From NCBI RefSeq assembly GCF_009914755.1, contig NC_060947.1: DNA of 64,000 nt; one strand, 5' to 3'. The position numbers and the translations under genes are program-made. Source of the DNA: the human T2T-CHM13v2.0 reference genome, Homo sapiens. Under the pieces are notes generated by a model. The model was given only the letters and a program-made list of their open reading frames with translations, did not search any database and had not been told where the DNA came from. Of this stretch, positions 1-13,778 are shown in pieces (the stretch's first letter is position 1; the number at the start of each line of letters is the position of its first letter).

Positions 1-2475
1 GTGACCTATCATATGGTTTATCTTGAAGAAAGTTCCATGCACTGTTGAATAGAGTGTATATTCTGCAGTTCTTGGATGTGATGTTCTGTATATATTTTTA
101 AGTCCATTTGTTCCAGGGTATAGTTTAAATCCATTGGTTCTTTGTTGACTTTCTGTATTGATAACCTGTCTAGTTCTATCAGTGGAATATTGAAGTCCCC
201 TACTATTATTGTGTTGCTATCTATCTCATTTCTTAGGTCTATTAGTAATAGTTTTATAAATTTTAGCACTCCAGTGTTAGGTAGATATATATGTGTAGGA
301 TTGTGATATTTTCACATTGGACAAGGCCTTTTACCATTGTATAATGTCCCTCTTTGTCTCTCTTAACTGCTGTTGCTTTAAAGTTTGTCTTGCCTGATAT
401 AAGAATAGCTACCCCTGCTTGCTTTTGGTGTTCATTTGTGTGAAATGCCTTTTTCTACCCCTTTACTTTAAGTTTCTGTGAGTCCTTTTGTGTTAGCTGG
501 GTCTCTTGAAGGCAGCGGACAGTGGTTGGTGACTTCTTATCCATTCTGCAATTCTGTCTTTTAAGTGTAGCATTTAGGCCATTTACATTCAATGTTAGTG
601 TTGAGATGTGAGGTACCATTCCATTTATCTTACTATTTGTTGCCTGCATACATTTTTTGGTTGTTTTTTAAGTTGTATTTTATGTTTTATAGGTCCTCTG
701 AGATTTATGCTTTAAAGAGTTTCTGTTTTCATGTGTTTCCAGAATTTGTTTCAAGATTTAGATCTCCTTTTTAGTGGTTGCTTGGTAGTGGTGAATTCTC
801 TCAGCATTTGTTTGTCTGAAAAAGACTGTATTTTCCCTTCATATATGAATCTTAGTTTTGCTGGATACAAAATTCTTGGTTGATAATCGTTTTGTTTGGG
901 GAGGCTTAAGATAGGGACCCAATTCCTTTTAGCTTGTAAGTTTTCTGCTGAGAAATCTGCTGTTAATCTGATAAGTTTTCTTTTATAGGTTTCCTCGTAC
1001 TTTTGTCTCACAGCTCTTAAGATTCTTTCCTTTGTCTTAACTTTAGATAATGTGAAAATAGTGAGAGCTAGCACCTGGAATAGGTGTCTCTAGGTGATGA
1101 TCTTTTGGGGATGAATTTCCCAGGTGTTCTTTGTGCTTCTTGTATTTGGATGTCTAGGTCTCTAGTGAGGCCAGGTAAGTTTTCCTCTATTATTCTCTCA
1201 AATATGTTTTCTACAATTTTAGATTTTTCTTCTTTCTCAGGAACACCGATTATTCTTAGGTTTGGTTATTTAACATAATCCCAGACTACTCAGAGGCTGT
1301 GTTCATATTTTCTTGTTCTTATTTCTTTGCTTTTGTTGAATTGGGTTAATTCAAATACATTGTCTTTGACCTCTGAATTTTTTCTTCTACTTGTTCAATT
1401 CTATTGCTGAGACTTTCCAGAACATATTTCCATTTCCATAAGCGTGTCCATTGTTTCCTGAAATTTTGATTGTTTTTTATTTATGCTATATATTTTCTTG
1501 AATGTTTCTCCCTTCACTTCTTATCATTTTTTGGATTTTCTTACATTGAGCTTTACCTTTCTCTGGTGCCTCCCTGATTAGCTTAATAACTAACCTCCTG
1601 AATTCTTTTTCAGATAAATCAGGGATTTCTTCTTGGTGTGGGTCCATTGCTGGTGAGCTAGTGTGAATTTTTGGAGGTGTTAAAGAACCTTGTTTTGTCC
1701 TATTACCAGGTTTGGTTTTCTGGTTTCTTCTTATTTGGGTAGGCTCTGTCAGAGGGAAGGTCTAGGGCTGAAGGCTGTTGTTCTGATTCTTTTGTCCCAC
1801 AGGGTGTTCCCTTGATGCAGTACTCTCCCCTTTTACCTATAGATGTGGCTTCTTGAGAGCCAAGCTGCAGTGATTGTTATCTCCATTCTAAATCTAGCCA
1901 CCTAGCAAGTCTACTAGGCTCCAGGCTGGTACTGGGCGTTGTCTGCACAGAGTCTTGTGATACGAACCACATGTGGGTCTCTCAGCTGTGGATAACAGCA
2001 CCTGTTCCAGTGGAGGTGGCAGGGGGCTAAAATGGACTTAAGTTCTTAGCTTTGTTGGTTAAGGCACTATTTTTGTGCTGGTTGGCCTCCTGCCAGGAGG
2101 TGGCGCTTTCCAGAAAGTATCAGCTATGGTTGTATAGGGAGGAACAGGCGGTGGGCAGGACCCTAGAACTCCCAAGAACGTATGCCTTTTGTCTTTAGTT
2201 ACGGGGTGGGTAGGACCATTATTGGGGGCCGAGCTAGACGTGTATGAGCTCAGACTCTCCTTGGGTGGGTCTTGCTGCAGCTGAGTATTTGGGGTGTCTC
2301 CCAGGTCCTGCAGGACCAATCTGCTTCCTTTAGTGGGTCTGTGAGTTCTCTCAGGTTTCCTGATTGATTCCTGCAGTCATTCTGGAGCAAATATTTATGA
2401 TGCAAGACTCCACATGCTGCTCTGTCCATCTGAGTCAGAGCCGCTATCTAGTCCTGCCTGCCATCTGCCATAATC
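1..2475 (-). mobile_element. LINE-1, L1PB-type (L1PBa-like 5' UTR, ORF1 and start of ORF2); continues off the left edge
   Basis: Minus-strand ORF fragments match L1 ORF2 endonuclease (ISTLTLNVNGLNA, CLQET, IIVGDFNIPL) and ORF1 (KERILRAVRQK, RLTADFSAE, YQPRILYPAKL). The minus strand starts GATTATGGCAGATGGCAGGCAGGACTAGAT, resembling the L1PBa 5' end. Many stops and frameshifts. Confidence 0.9.
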
Positions 2476-3460
2476 AAAATAGCTCGTCAATCCCTGACTT
2501 TTGATAACTGTATGAACCAGTAATTAATACATCCTTCTGTTGCTTGAAATGAGCTGACCACATTACTCTTTAGCTCCCCTAAAACCCTTCATAAGAATTT
2601 GATGCCAACCAAAGAAAATAGATATTATAATTAAGAAGATTTTCTAAATACTTGAGTAGCCAGAAGGTAGACTACAGTGATAGGTTTTGTCATTTGAAAT
2701 GAGTGTAGTAATGAGGCCTATTTCCTATTGGTAGACTTTTGGCAAATATATACACAAAAGAAGTGATAAGATAAAATGAGTATAGGGAGAAATGTGACCA
2801 TTTTAATTTATAATAACATAAATACAAAATATTAGCATATATAATAGTTTATTTATAGTAATATAAATATAAAATTACCAAATTTATAATTTTGTTCTGC
2901 CCTACGTATAGTATATATCAATACTTTTTAACCTGTACCTAGACTCTATTGCCTTTGAGAATTATAATTTTTCTTTGATAAGTATGCTTGCGAGTGTGTG
3001 TGCACCTGTGTGTGAGACAGAGAAGAGATAACAGTTAAACCTTTGATGATCATGAGAAATTAGATTAGAGAAAACCATATGTTTACTTCAAGTAAATGGA
3101 GCTTGGTGAGAGGAAGCCCATCTTTGACTTTTTTGCTAGAGATTTTATGCTCCTCACCCAAACATTTTTTCCACTTCATCCATGGCTGTAAGTTTTTATT
3201 CATAACTCAGATTGTTGGGAAATATATGTTTTCATGATATTGTGTCCTTTGAATTACACTTGGCAGTAGTGGTCGGGGTAATGGAGCCTGGAGAGAAAGC
3301 CCAATTCTTAGCTAGACTGAGGTTTCCCAATAGTTGAAAACTGGTACTGTATACTCTTTAAAAGGAGAATTCTCTTAATAGAGAGTAGAAAGACTAAACC
3401 TTGAAGCATAATAATAAGGCTAGGAACTATTGGAGCCCATGAATAATAAACACATGGAGG

Positions 3461-6400
3461 GAAGGGGGAGCAAGATGGCTGAATAGAAGCTTCTACCTAG
3501 CATCACCACTGTGGGAACACCAAATTATAACAGCAAACTACACACACAACAAGCACTGCCATAAGAACTGAAAATCAGATGAGCAATCATAGTACCTGGT
3601 TCTAACTTCATATCACTGAAAGAAGCACTGAAGAGGGTAGAAAAGACAGTCTGGAATCACCAACAACACTCATCCCCTAGCGGTGGCCACATGGCATAGA
3701 GAGAAAAACTGCGCACTTAGGAGAGGGAGAATACAGCAACTGGAGGGCTTGGCATTGAGCTCAGTGCTGACCTGTCACAGCAGACAGCAAAGCAGCGCTG
3801 GGCTCAGTTGGCATCCAACCACGAAGGGAGGATTTGCAGCATCCTTAGCCAGAGGGGAATTGACCATCTCAGTGGTCAGAACTTGAGTTTCAGCAAGACT
3901 CACCACCACAGGCTAAAGCGCTCTGGGGTCCTAGATAAACTTGCATGGAAGTCTGTAATTCCATAGGAATTACAGTTGTAATTACAGTTGTAATTCCATA
4001 GGAATTACAGTTGTAATTACAGTTGTAATTCCATAGGAATTACAGTTGTAATTACAGTTGTAATTCCTAGGGAAGTCCTAGTCCTGGGATGTGTTTAGAG
4101 CCAGAGAACTAGGACAGCACATGACCACCCCTCCCTTGACCCCAGGCAGTACAGCTTGCAGCAATGAAAGTGAATCTTTCATTCCACTTGAGGAAAGGAA
4201 AGTAAAGAGGAATTTTGCCTTGTATCTTGGAAACCAGCTCAGACTTAATAGGATAGGGCAATGAGCAGAGTCATGAGACACCAGGGGCTAGCTCTCAAAT
4301 AACGTTTCTAGACACACTCTGGGCCACAAGGGAACCAAGTGCCTTGATAGGAAGGACCCAGTCCTGGCAAGATTTATCATCTTTTGACTAAAGAGCCCTT
4401 AGATCCTGAGTAACCAACAGCAATACACAGGTAGTATGCCATGAAACTTGGGTGAGACTCTTAAATGTGCTGGCTTAAAGGTGACACAAAGCACATTCTC
4501 AGCTTTGGTGGCTACAGTGAGAGACTCCTGCTTGAGAAGAGCGGAGATAAAAGTAAAACAGAATTTGTCTTGCACCTTAGGTATTAGCTAAGCCACAGTG
4601 AGGGGCTAAGCCAAGCAGGCTTCTGGGGTCCGCAAATACAACTATGCTCTTGGACAGGATTCCTGGACCTGACCTGGGCCAGAGGGAAGCCCACTTACCT
4701 AAAGGGTGAGTACCAGACCTGGCAGCATGCACTACAAGCTGACTCAAGAGCCACTGGCCTTTAAGTGAATATTGATGGTGACCTAGCAGAAACCCCCATA
4801 AGTTGGTGGTGGTGGTGGCTAATGGGAGAGGTTCTTATTCCCATAGAAAGGGGAGAGAAGAGTGGGATGGGGTTTGTCTTATGGTTTGAGAGCCAGTTTA
4901 GGTGCAGTAGAATAGAATATTTTGTAGATATCTAAGGTTCTTGACACAAATGCCTGGCTCTAAGAAGGATCTCTAGACCTACTCAGGGCTAGGGTAACCT
5001 TGCCACCATGAAGTGAAAGACCTGGCTGGCTTCCCTGCCTGCTCACTGTTGAACCCTAGAGCCTTGAGTGATCATAGGCTATAGCCAGATAGTGATTGCA
5101 GTAGGCCTTGGGTGAGACCCATTGCCATGTTGGCTTCAGGTCTGACTCAGAATAGTCCCTGTAGTGGTGGCCACAGGGGTGCTTGCATCACCCCAACTTC
5201 AGCTCCAGGTGACTCAACACAGAGAGAGAAACTCCATTATTTTGGGAGAAAGTAAGAGAAGAGAATAAGAGTCTCTGCTTGTTAATACAGATAATTATTC
5301 TGGATCTTACCCAAGACTACCAAGGCAGTGTTTCTAAGAGTCTGTCAGAACCACAGCATCATTCAGCTTGGGGCCCAAGTCTCTTTGAATACCTACAAAG
5401 TCTTCCCAAGAAACAGGGGCACAAACAAGCCCAGACTGTGAACACTGAAATAATACCTAACTCTTTAATGCTCAGAAACCAACAAACATCACAAGCATGA
5501 ATATCATCAAGCAAAACCTGACTTCATCAAACTAACTAAATCAGGCACCAGGGACAAATCCTGGAGAAACAGTGATATATAGCATTTCAGACAGAGAGTT
5601 CAAAATAGCTGCTTCAAGGAAACTCAAAGAAATTCAAGAACATGCAGAGAAGGAATTCAGAATTCTATCAGATAAATTAAACAAAGAGATTTAAATACTT
5701 AATAAGAATCAAGCAGAAATTCTAGAGTTGAAAAGTACAATTGACATAGTGAGAAATTAATTCTTCTCTTAATAGAAAAATTGATCAAGGAGAAGAAAGC
5801 ATTAGTGAGCTTGACCACAGGCTTTTTGAAAACACAGTCAGTAGAGACAAAAGAATAAAAAAAAGAAGCACCCCTAAAAGATTGAAAAGATATCTTCAAA
5901 ATGGCAAATCTAAGAGTTATTGGTCTTAAAGAGGAGGCAGAGAAAGAGATGGGGTAGAAAGTTTATTTAATAGGATAATATCAGAAAATTTACCAAACAT
6001 AAAGTAAGGCACCAAAATTCAAGTACAGAAAGTTTATAGAACACCAAGCAGATTTAATCCAAAGATGACTACCTCTATACATTTAATAATCAAACTCACA
6101 AAAGTCAAGGATAAAGAAAGGATCTTAAAAGCAGCAGAAAAAAACAAACAGATAACATACAAGGGAGCTTCAACACATCTAGCAGCAGATTTTTTGGTGG
6201 AAACATTACAGGCCAGGGGAGAGTAGTATGATATATTTAATGTGTTGAAGAAAAAAACTATAACCCTAAAATAGTATAGCTGGTGAAAATATCCTTCAAG
6301 TATGAAGGAGAATAAAAGTCATTTCCAGAAAAACAAAAGCTGAAGCATTTCATTAACACCAGTTATGTTCTACAAGAAATGCCAAAGGAAGCTCTCCAAT

Positions 6401-9400
6401 CTGAAAGAAATGGACATTAATGAGAAATAAGAAATCATCTAAAGGTATAAAACCCACTGGTAATAGTAAGCACACACACACAAAAACACAAAAGAATATT
6501 ACACTGTAATTGTAGTGTGTAAATTACTCTTAAGTAGAAAAACTAAAAAAAAGAACCCATCAAAAATTATAGTTACTACAACTTTACAAGACATAGATAG
6601 TACAGTAAGTTATAAATAGAAACAACAAAAAGTTAAAATGCAGGGGAATGAAGTTAAAAGTAGAATTTTTACTAGTTTTCTTTTGACTTGTTTATTAGTT
6701 TGTTTGTTGTTTGTGCAATCACTGTTAAGTAGTCATTAGTTTAAAATAATGGGTTATAAGATAGTATTTGCAAGCCTCATGGTAATCTTAAATTGTAAAA
6801 CCTACAAGGATAAAAATTAAAAAGCATGAAATTAAATTATACCAGTAGGGGAAATCACCTTTACTAAAAGGAAGATAGGAAGGAAGGAAAGAAGGAAGAG
6901 AAGATCACAAAACAGCCAGAAAACACATATCAAAATGTCAGAAGTAAGTCCTTATTTATCAATAATAACATTGATTGTAAATGAACTAAACTCTCCCATC
7001 AAAAGCCATAGAGTGGCTGAATGAATAAAAAAACAAGACCCATTGATCTGTTGCCTACAGAAAACACACTTTACCTATGAAGACACACACTGACTGAAAA
7101 TTAAGAGATGGAAAAAGCTGTTCCGCATCAACAGAAAGCAAAAAAGAGCAGAAGTAACATATGTATTTCAGAGAAATTGCATTTTAAGACAAGAACTATA
7201 AAAAGTGACAAGGTCATTATATAATGATAAAAGGAGTCAATTCAGCAAAAGGGCATAATAGTTGAACATATATATGCAGCCAAACTGGAGCACCCAAATA
7301 TATATATTAAATATTATTAGAGATAGAGAGATAGACCATGATACAATAATATCTGGAGACTACAAGACCTTACTGTCAGCATTGGGCAGGTCTTCCAGAC
7401 ATAAAATCAACAAAGAAACATTGGACATAGTCTGCATGAGAACAAATAGATCTAATAATATTTACAGAACATTTCATCTAATGGCTGAATCATTCACATT
7501 TTTCTCCTCAGCACATGAATCACTCTCAAAGATAGGCCATATGTAGGTCACAAAACAAGTCTTAAAATATTCAAAAACAAAAATAATATCAAGCATCTTC
7601 TCTGACCTCAATGAAATAAAACTACATATCAACAACAAGAGGAATTTTAGAAAATATACAAATACATGGAAATTAAACAATCTGCTCCTGAATAACCAAT
7701 GGATCAATGAAAAAATTAAGAATGAAATTTAAAAAATTTTTGAAACAATGGTAATGGAAACACAGCATACCAAAACCTGTAAGATTCAGTGAAAACTGTA
7801 GTAAGTGAGAACTTAATAGCTATTAGTGCCTACATCAAAAAATTGGAAAAACTTCAAATGAATAACCTAACAATGCATCTTCAAGCACTAGAGAAGTAAG
7901 AGCAAACCAAACCCAAAATTAGTAGAAGAAAGAAAATAATAAACATCAGAGCAGAAATACATGACACTGAAACAAAGAAAACAATACAAAAGCTCAATGG
8001 AGTAAAAAATTGGTTTCTTGAACAGATAAATAAAATTGGCAAACCCTATCCAGACTAAGAAAAAAAGAGGGACAATCTAAATAAATATAATCAGAGTTGA
8101 AAAAGGAGACATTTAAACTGAGGCCTCAGAAATTTAAAGGATCATTAGCAGCTACTGTGAGCAACTATATGCCAGTAAATTGGAAAATCTGGAGGAAATG
8201 GATAAATTCCTAGACACATACAACCTATCAAAATTGAAAAAAAAAATCCAAAACCTGAACAGACAAATAACAAGTAATGAGATCAAAGTTGTGATAAAAA
8301 GTCTCCCAGCAAAGGAATGTGCAGGACCCAATGGCTTCACTGCTGAATTCTACCAAACCATTAGAGCGAGTACCAGTCCTACTCAAACTATTCCAAAAAA
8401 GTATTGGAGGGAATACTTCCAAACTTATTCTATGAGGCCTATATTACCCTGATTCCACAACCAGAAAAAGATACATCAAAGAAAACCACAAGCAAGTATC
8501 TCTGATGAATATTGATACGTCATATATACAATAATACATTAAAAAGATTATTCATCATGACCACATGTGATTTATTCCAGAGATGCAATAATGGTTCAAC
8601 ATATGTGAATTGACTAATGTAATACATCATATCAACAGAATTAAGAACCAAATCCACATGATCATTTCAATTGATTCTGAAAAAAAAATTGATAAAATTC
8701 AACATTCCATCACGATAAAAATCCTCAATATACTGGGTATAGGAGAAAAATACCTCAACATAATAACAACCATATATGACAGATCCACAGCTAATTTCAT
8801 ACTAAATGGGAAAAAACTGAAAGTCTTTTCTCTAAGATCTGGATCATGACAGGTATGCCCACTTTCATCACTGTTATTAAACATAGTACTGGAAATCTTA
8901 GCTACAGCAATCAGACAAGAAAAAGAAATAAAGGTCATCCAAATTGGAAAGGAAGAAGTCAAATTATCTTTGTTTACAGATGATATGATCTTATATTTGA
9001 AAAAAAAAAAACAAGTCCAGCAAAAAGCTGCTAAAACTGATCACCAAATTTAGTTGCAGGATGAAAAAATCATTATTCAAATAGCAGCATTTCTACATGC
9101 CAACAGTGAGCAATTTGAAAAAAAAATAAAACAAGTAATTCCATTTACCATAGCCATGAATAAAATTAAATAAATAGGAACTAGCATATCCAAAGAAGTG
9201 AAAGATCTCTACAATGAAAATAAATTTTAAAAAACTGATGAATGAAATTGAAGAAGACACATGGAATAGAAAAATATTCCATGTTAACAAATTGGAAGAA
9301 ACAACATTGTTAAAATGTTCATACTACTCAAAGCAATCTACATATTCAGTGCAATCCCTATCAAAATACCAATGACAATCTTCACAGAAATAGAGAAAAC

Positions 9401-11040
9401 AATCTTAAAATGTTTATGGAACCACAAAAGACCCAGAATAGCCAAAGCTAATTTGGGCAAAAAGAAGAAAACTAGATGAATTACATTACCTGACACCAAA
9501 TTATGCTACAGAGGGATAGCAAAACAAACATAAATGAACAGAACAGGATAGAGAACCCAGAAACAAATCCATACACCTACAGTGAATGCATTTTTGACAA
9601 AGTTTCCAAAAACATACATTGGTTGCTGGGGAAACTGGATATCCATATACAGCAGAATGAAACTAAACACCTATCTGTTGCTATATACAAAAATCAAATA
9701 AAAATTGATTAAAGACTTAAATCTAATACCCCAAACTATAAAACTATTTTGTGAAAACATTGGGGAAAGTCTCCAGGACATTAGTCTGGGCAAAACATTT
9801 TGAGCAATACCCCACAAGCACAGGCAACCGAAGCAAAAATACACAAATGGGATCACATCAAGTTAAAAAGCTTCTGCACAGCAAAGGAAACAATCAACAA
9901 GGCAAAGGGACAACCCACAGAATGGGAGAAAATGTATGCAAACCACCCATCTTACAAGGGATTAATAACCAGAATATACAAGGAGCTCAAGTAACTAACT
10001 CTTTAGGAAAAAATCTAATAGTCTGATTAAAAAATGAGCAAAAGATTTGAATAGACATGTTTCAGAAGAAGACATTCAAATAGCAAACTAGTATATAAAA
10101 TGGTGCTCAACATCATTGATTGTCAGAGAAATGTAAATCACAGCTGAAATGAGATATCGTCTCACCCCAGTTAAAGTCGCTTATATCCAAAAGACACATA
10201 AGAAAATATGCTGGCAAAGATGTGGAAAAAAAAGGGAATGCTTGTACACTGCTGATGGGAATGTAAATTAGTACGATCACTATGGAGAAGAGTTTGGGGG
10301 TTCCTCAAAAAAACAAAAACCAAGAGCTATAATCTTATGAGCATATGATCCAGCAATACCACTGTTAATTATACACCCGAAATGAAATCAATATATCAAA
10401 GGGATATCTGCACTTCCATGGTTGTCGCAGCACTGTTCACAATAGCCAAGATTTGGAAGCAACCTAAGTGTCATCAATAGAAAAACGGATAAAGAAAACG
10501 TGATACATATACACAATGGAGTACTATTCAGTCATGTGAAAGAATGAGATTCCGTCATTTTCAACAGCATGGATGGAACTGGAGATGATTATGTTTAGTG
10601 AAATAAGCCAGGCAAAAAGAGACAAATTTCACCTGTTTTCACTTATTTATAGGTGCTAAAATTTAAAACAATTGAACTCATGGAGGTAGAGAATAGAAGG
10701 ATGGTTACCAGAGGCTGGGGAAAGTAGTTGGGGGGGAGGCGGGATGGCCAATGGATACCAAAAGTGATTAGAAAGAATGAATAAGACTATGTACTTGATA
10801 GTACAAGTGGGGTGAATATAGTCAATAATAATTTTATTATACATTTAAAAATAACTACAAGAGTTAATTGTATTTTTTGTAATACAAAAGAGAAACACTT
10901 GAGGGCATGGATAACCATTTATCATGATATGATTATTGTGTGTTGTATGACTGTGTAAGGGTATCTCATGTACCCCGTAAGTATATACATCTATTATGTA
11001 CCCCCAAAATTAAAAATTAAAATAAGTAAATAAATAAATA
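3461..11040 (+). mobile_element. Nearly full-length LINE-1, L1MA2-like, inactive
   Basis: 5' end GGAGCAAGATGGCTGAATAG with YY1 core. ORF1 remnant ~5500-6420. ORF2 remnant from ~6935, including MENLEEMDKFLDTY, GPNGFTAEFYQT, LFTDDMI at ~8970 and [16 protein letters not shown]1MA1-3 type 3' UTR (GTATCTCATGTACCCC...TATGTACCCCCAAAATTAAAAATT) and an A-rich tail. Confidence 0.92.
3954..4067. repeat. Perfect 35-bp tandem repeat, 3.3 copies, with internal hairpin
   Basis: Unit TGTAATTCCATAGGAATTACAGTTGTAATTACAGT at 3954, 3989 and 4024, plus a partial copy at 4059. Confidence 0.97.
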
Positions 11041-12560
11041 ACACACAAAGGGCTTAAGATACTTTTCATTTGAACTATTTGTATATGGTCATACTTAGTA
11101 TACACTTTTACATTTTTCTTTCATATATTGTAATTTCCTTTTATTACCTGCAATTTTTATTAAAGTCTACTAATGTATGTTTTAAATACTTAGAACTACT
11201 TTATTGTGTAGATGTAATAAAGATTAAGTAAATGTTTCTACATCATCTCCTCCACATAAGCAAAAGTATTGGTAGCAGGGTGACATCAAGGAGTAAATTG
11301 TCCCAAATTTCCAGGCAGCACTATGCACCAAAACAAACAATGGTTATTCAGTGAAGGTAAGAGCAACAAGGAAGAATATATCGGATTGAGAAGCAGCTAT
11401 TAAGTGGATAATTAAGGAAAGAGTAGAGGCAGAATTTTTTTTCCAGTTATACTAGGTGAAGGTGACTCTTGGTGGGGCTTGGGGAAGAGTTGACTTTGGA
11501 TTACCAAATCTAGTCCTCCATATTCAGTAACTTCCTCAAATAAACTTAATTTAACGAAGACAGTGACACTCACAGTGATGCACCTTTTTGTGCTTTTTGA
11601 AGCTTCCCACAGTCAAGAATAAAATACTTTGTCTTATGAGTCAGTGAAACTGGCCCCAGGACTATCACCCCTATAATGGCAGCTTTGTGTCATGAAAAGA
11701 GCTGGGGACCAATGTATAAGGCAGAGTCCAAGGCTGCCTACTTTGTTCAGAACTGCGTTTTTGTCTTAATTCCTAGTTATGAGCTCAAAGAATTGTAGAC
11801 TTTGGTGATATTAGCTGTGAACATGTACTAAATGATATTCAGGTGGCTAGGTGTGAATTCCTTTTTCTTTATGTACAAATCCCCTCCCTTGTTATGAACT
11901 TTGACACAAAACAGGACCCACTCATTCTTTTCAGTAGCCTTTGACCATTATTAATATATTCTGTATTGCCATTTGGGGTAAAACCAGGACTAATAAGAAC
12001 CTAAATAATTAGTGCCTGAATTTAATTCAGTTCTTATTCTATGGTCTATGTTTGTGAGAAAGAAACAAACCACAGGAAAATAAGTCAACATCAGGGTTTT
12101 ATAAGTTTTGTTTATTTGTTTCTTCTATAGCCTTCTTGCTTTGGAGAGATCTGATTCAAAACTCTGCACTTTTTGTACTTAAAAACTCTTTGAGCAAAAT
12201 ATTTAATTTCCCACATAATATACCACCTACCAATCGTTCACCTTTACATTTCATCTTTTTAGTGCCTTCTCTTTCCCCCTCATAAAACACCAATAACACC
12301 GAGAGGATATGTGCCTTAAACTGGTTATTTTCTAACATCCCAATTATGAGGTATCTACTGAGTTAACATCCAGGTTAGGACAGAAGCTGGTTAGAAAATA
12401 GGCAGCTGGGTAGGGATGGGAGCATGCCAAAAAGAAGATGCCAGTGGGGGTCATGGGTATAGGAAAATAGCCAACGAGAAACTTGGTTTTCTTCATAGTT
12501 TTGTTGGCATCCAGGCCCTGTTTATATCAGCAAGAGCTAGTATAAGAAATGTCGAGTCTT

Positions 12561-12876
12561 CTGAGCATGTTGGCTCATATCTGTAATGTCAGCACTTTGA
12601 GAGGCCAAGGTGGGTGGATCATTTAAGCCCAGGAGTTTGTTTGAGACCAGTCTGGGCAACATGGCGAAGCTCCATCTCTACAAATAATATTTAAAAAACT
12701 AGCCAGGTGTAGTGATACACATCTGTAGTTCCAGCTGCTCAGAAGGCTGAAGTGGGGGGATCACTTCAGCCTGGGAGGTTGAGGCTGCAGAGTTGTAATC
12801 ATTCCACTGCATTCCAGCCTGGGGGGCAGAGTGAGACACTGCCTCAAAAACAAACAAACAATAATAATAATAAAAA
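12561..12876 (+). mobile_element. Alu, AluJ-type
   Basis: Dimeric Alu with J diagnostics (GCCCAGGAGTT, GAGGTTGAGGCTGCAG), heavy divergence and a CAAA/TAA tail. Confidence 0.92.
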
Positions 12877-12995
12877 GGATGATCCTAAGGCAACTGATCA
12901 ATTCCAATCCATTAATTAAAAAATTCAGTTTTGTTGGCTAGACAGTATTTATTAAGGTAAAAGGATGTATACATTACTTTCAGAACATGATTCTC

Positions 12996-13436
<441 letters not shown>

Positions 13437-13634
13437 TTAATATTAATTGCTCGGTATGTTTCTGCAGAAAATAGTTTAATAAATCCTACTCAACACCAAG
13501 TTACCATGTTCACTTTGAAATTCCATCATAAATAAGCCCTTGACAAAACATCGTACAAAGAAATGATCTATCACTGTGTAGTTTACACCATTTTTCCCAT
13601 TCAGTATTTTATTTGAAATAGAACAAATATGTTA

Positions 13635-13778
13635 ACATCTTCCACTTTTCAGATGATGATACTGCAACACAGAGAGACTTAGTAACTCATTCAAGTTTAC
13701 TTGGCTGGTAATTAATAGAACCAGAGTTCAAACTTCAAATCTTTGACTCCAAATTTATCCTCTTTTCACCACACATTG
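13635..13778 (-). mobile_element. MIR SINE relic
   Basis: CCACTTTTCAGATGATGATACTG...TTCAAACTTCAAATCTTTGACTCCAAA matches the antisense MIR core. Confidence 0.7.

Noticed and set aside
3954-4067. CRISPR-like array (35-bp palindromic repeats)
   Set aside because: The units are directly adjacent with no unique spacers, there are no cas genes, and the context is a primate LINE.
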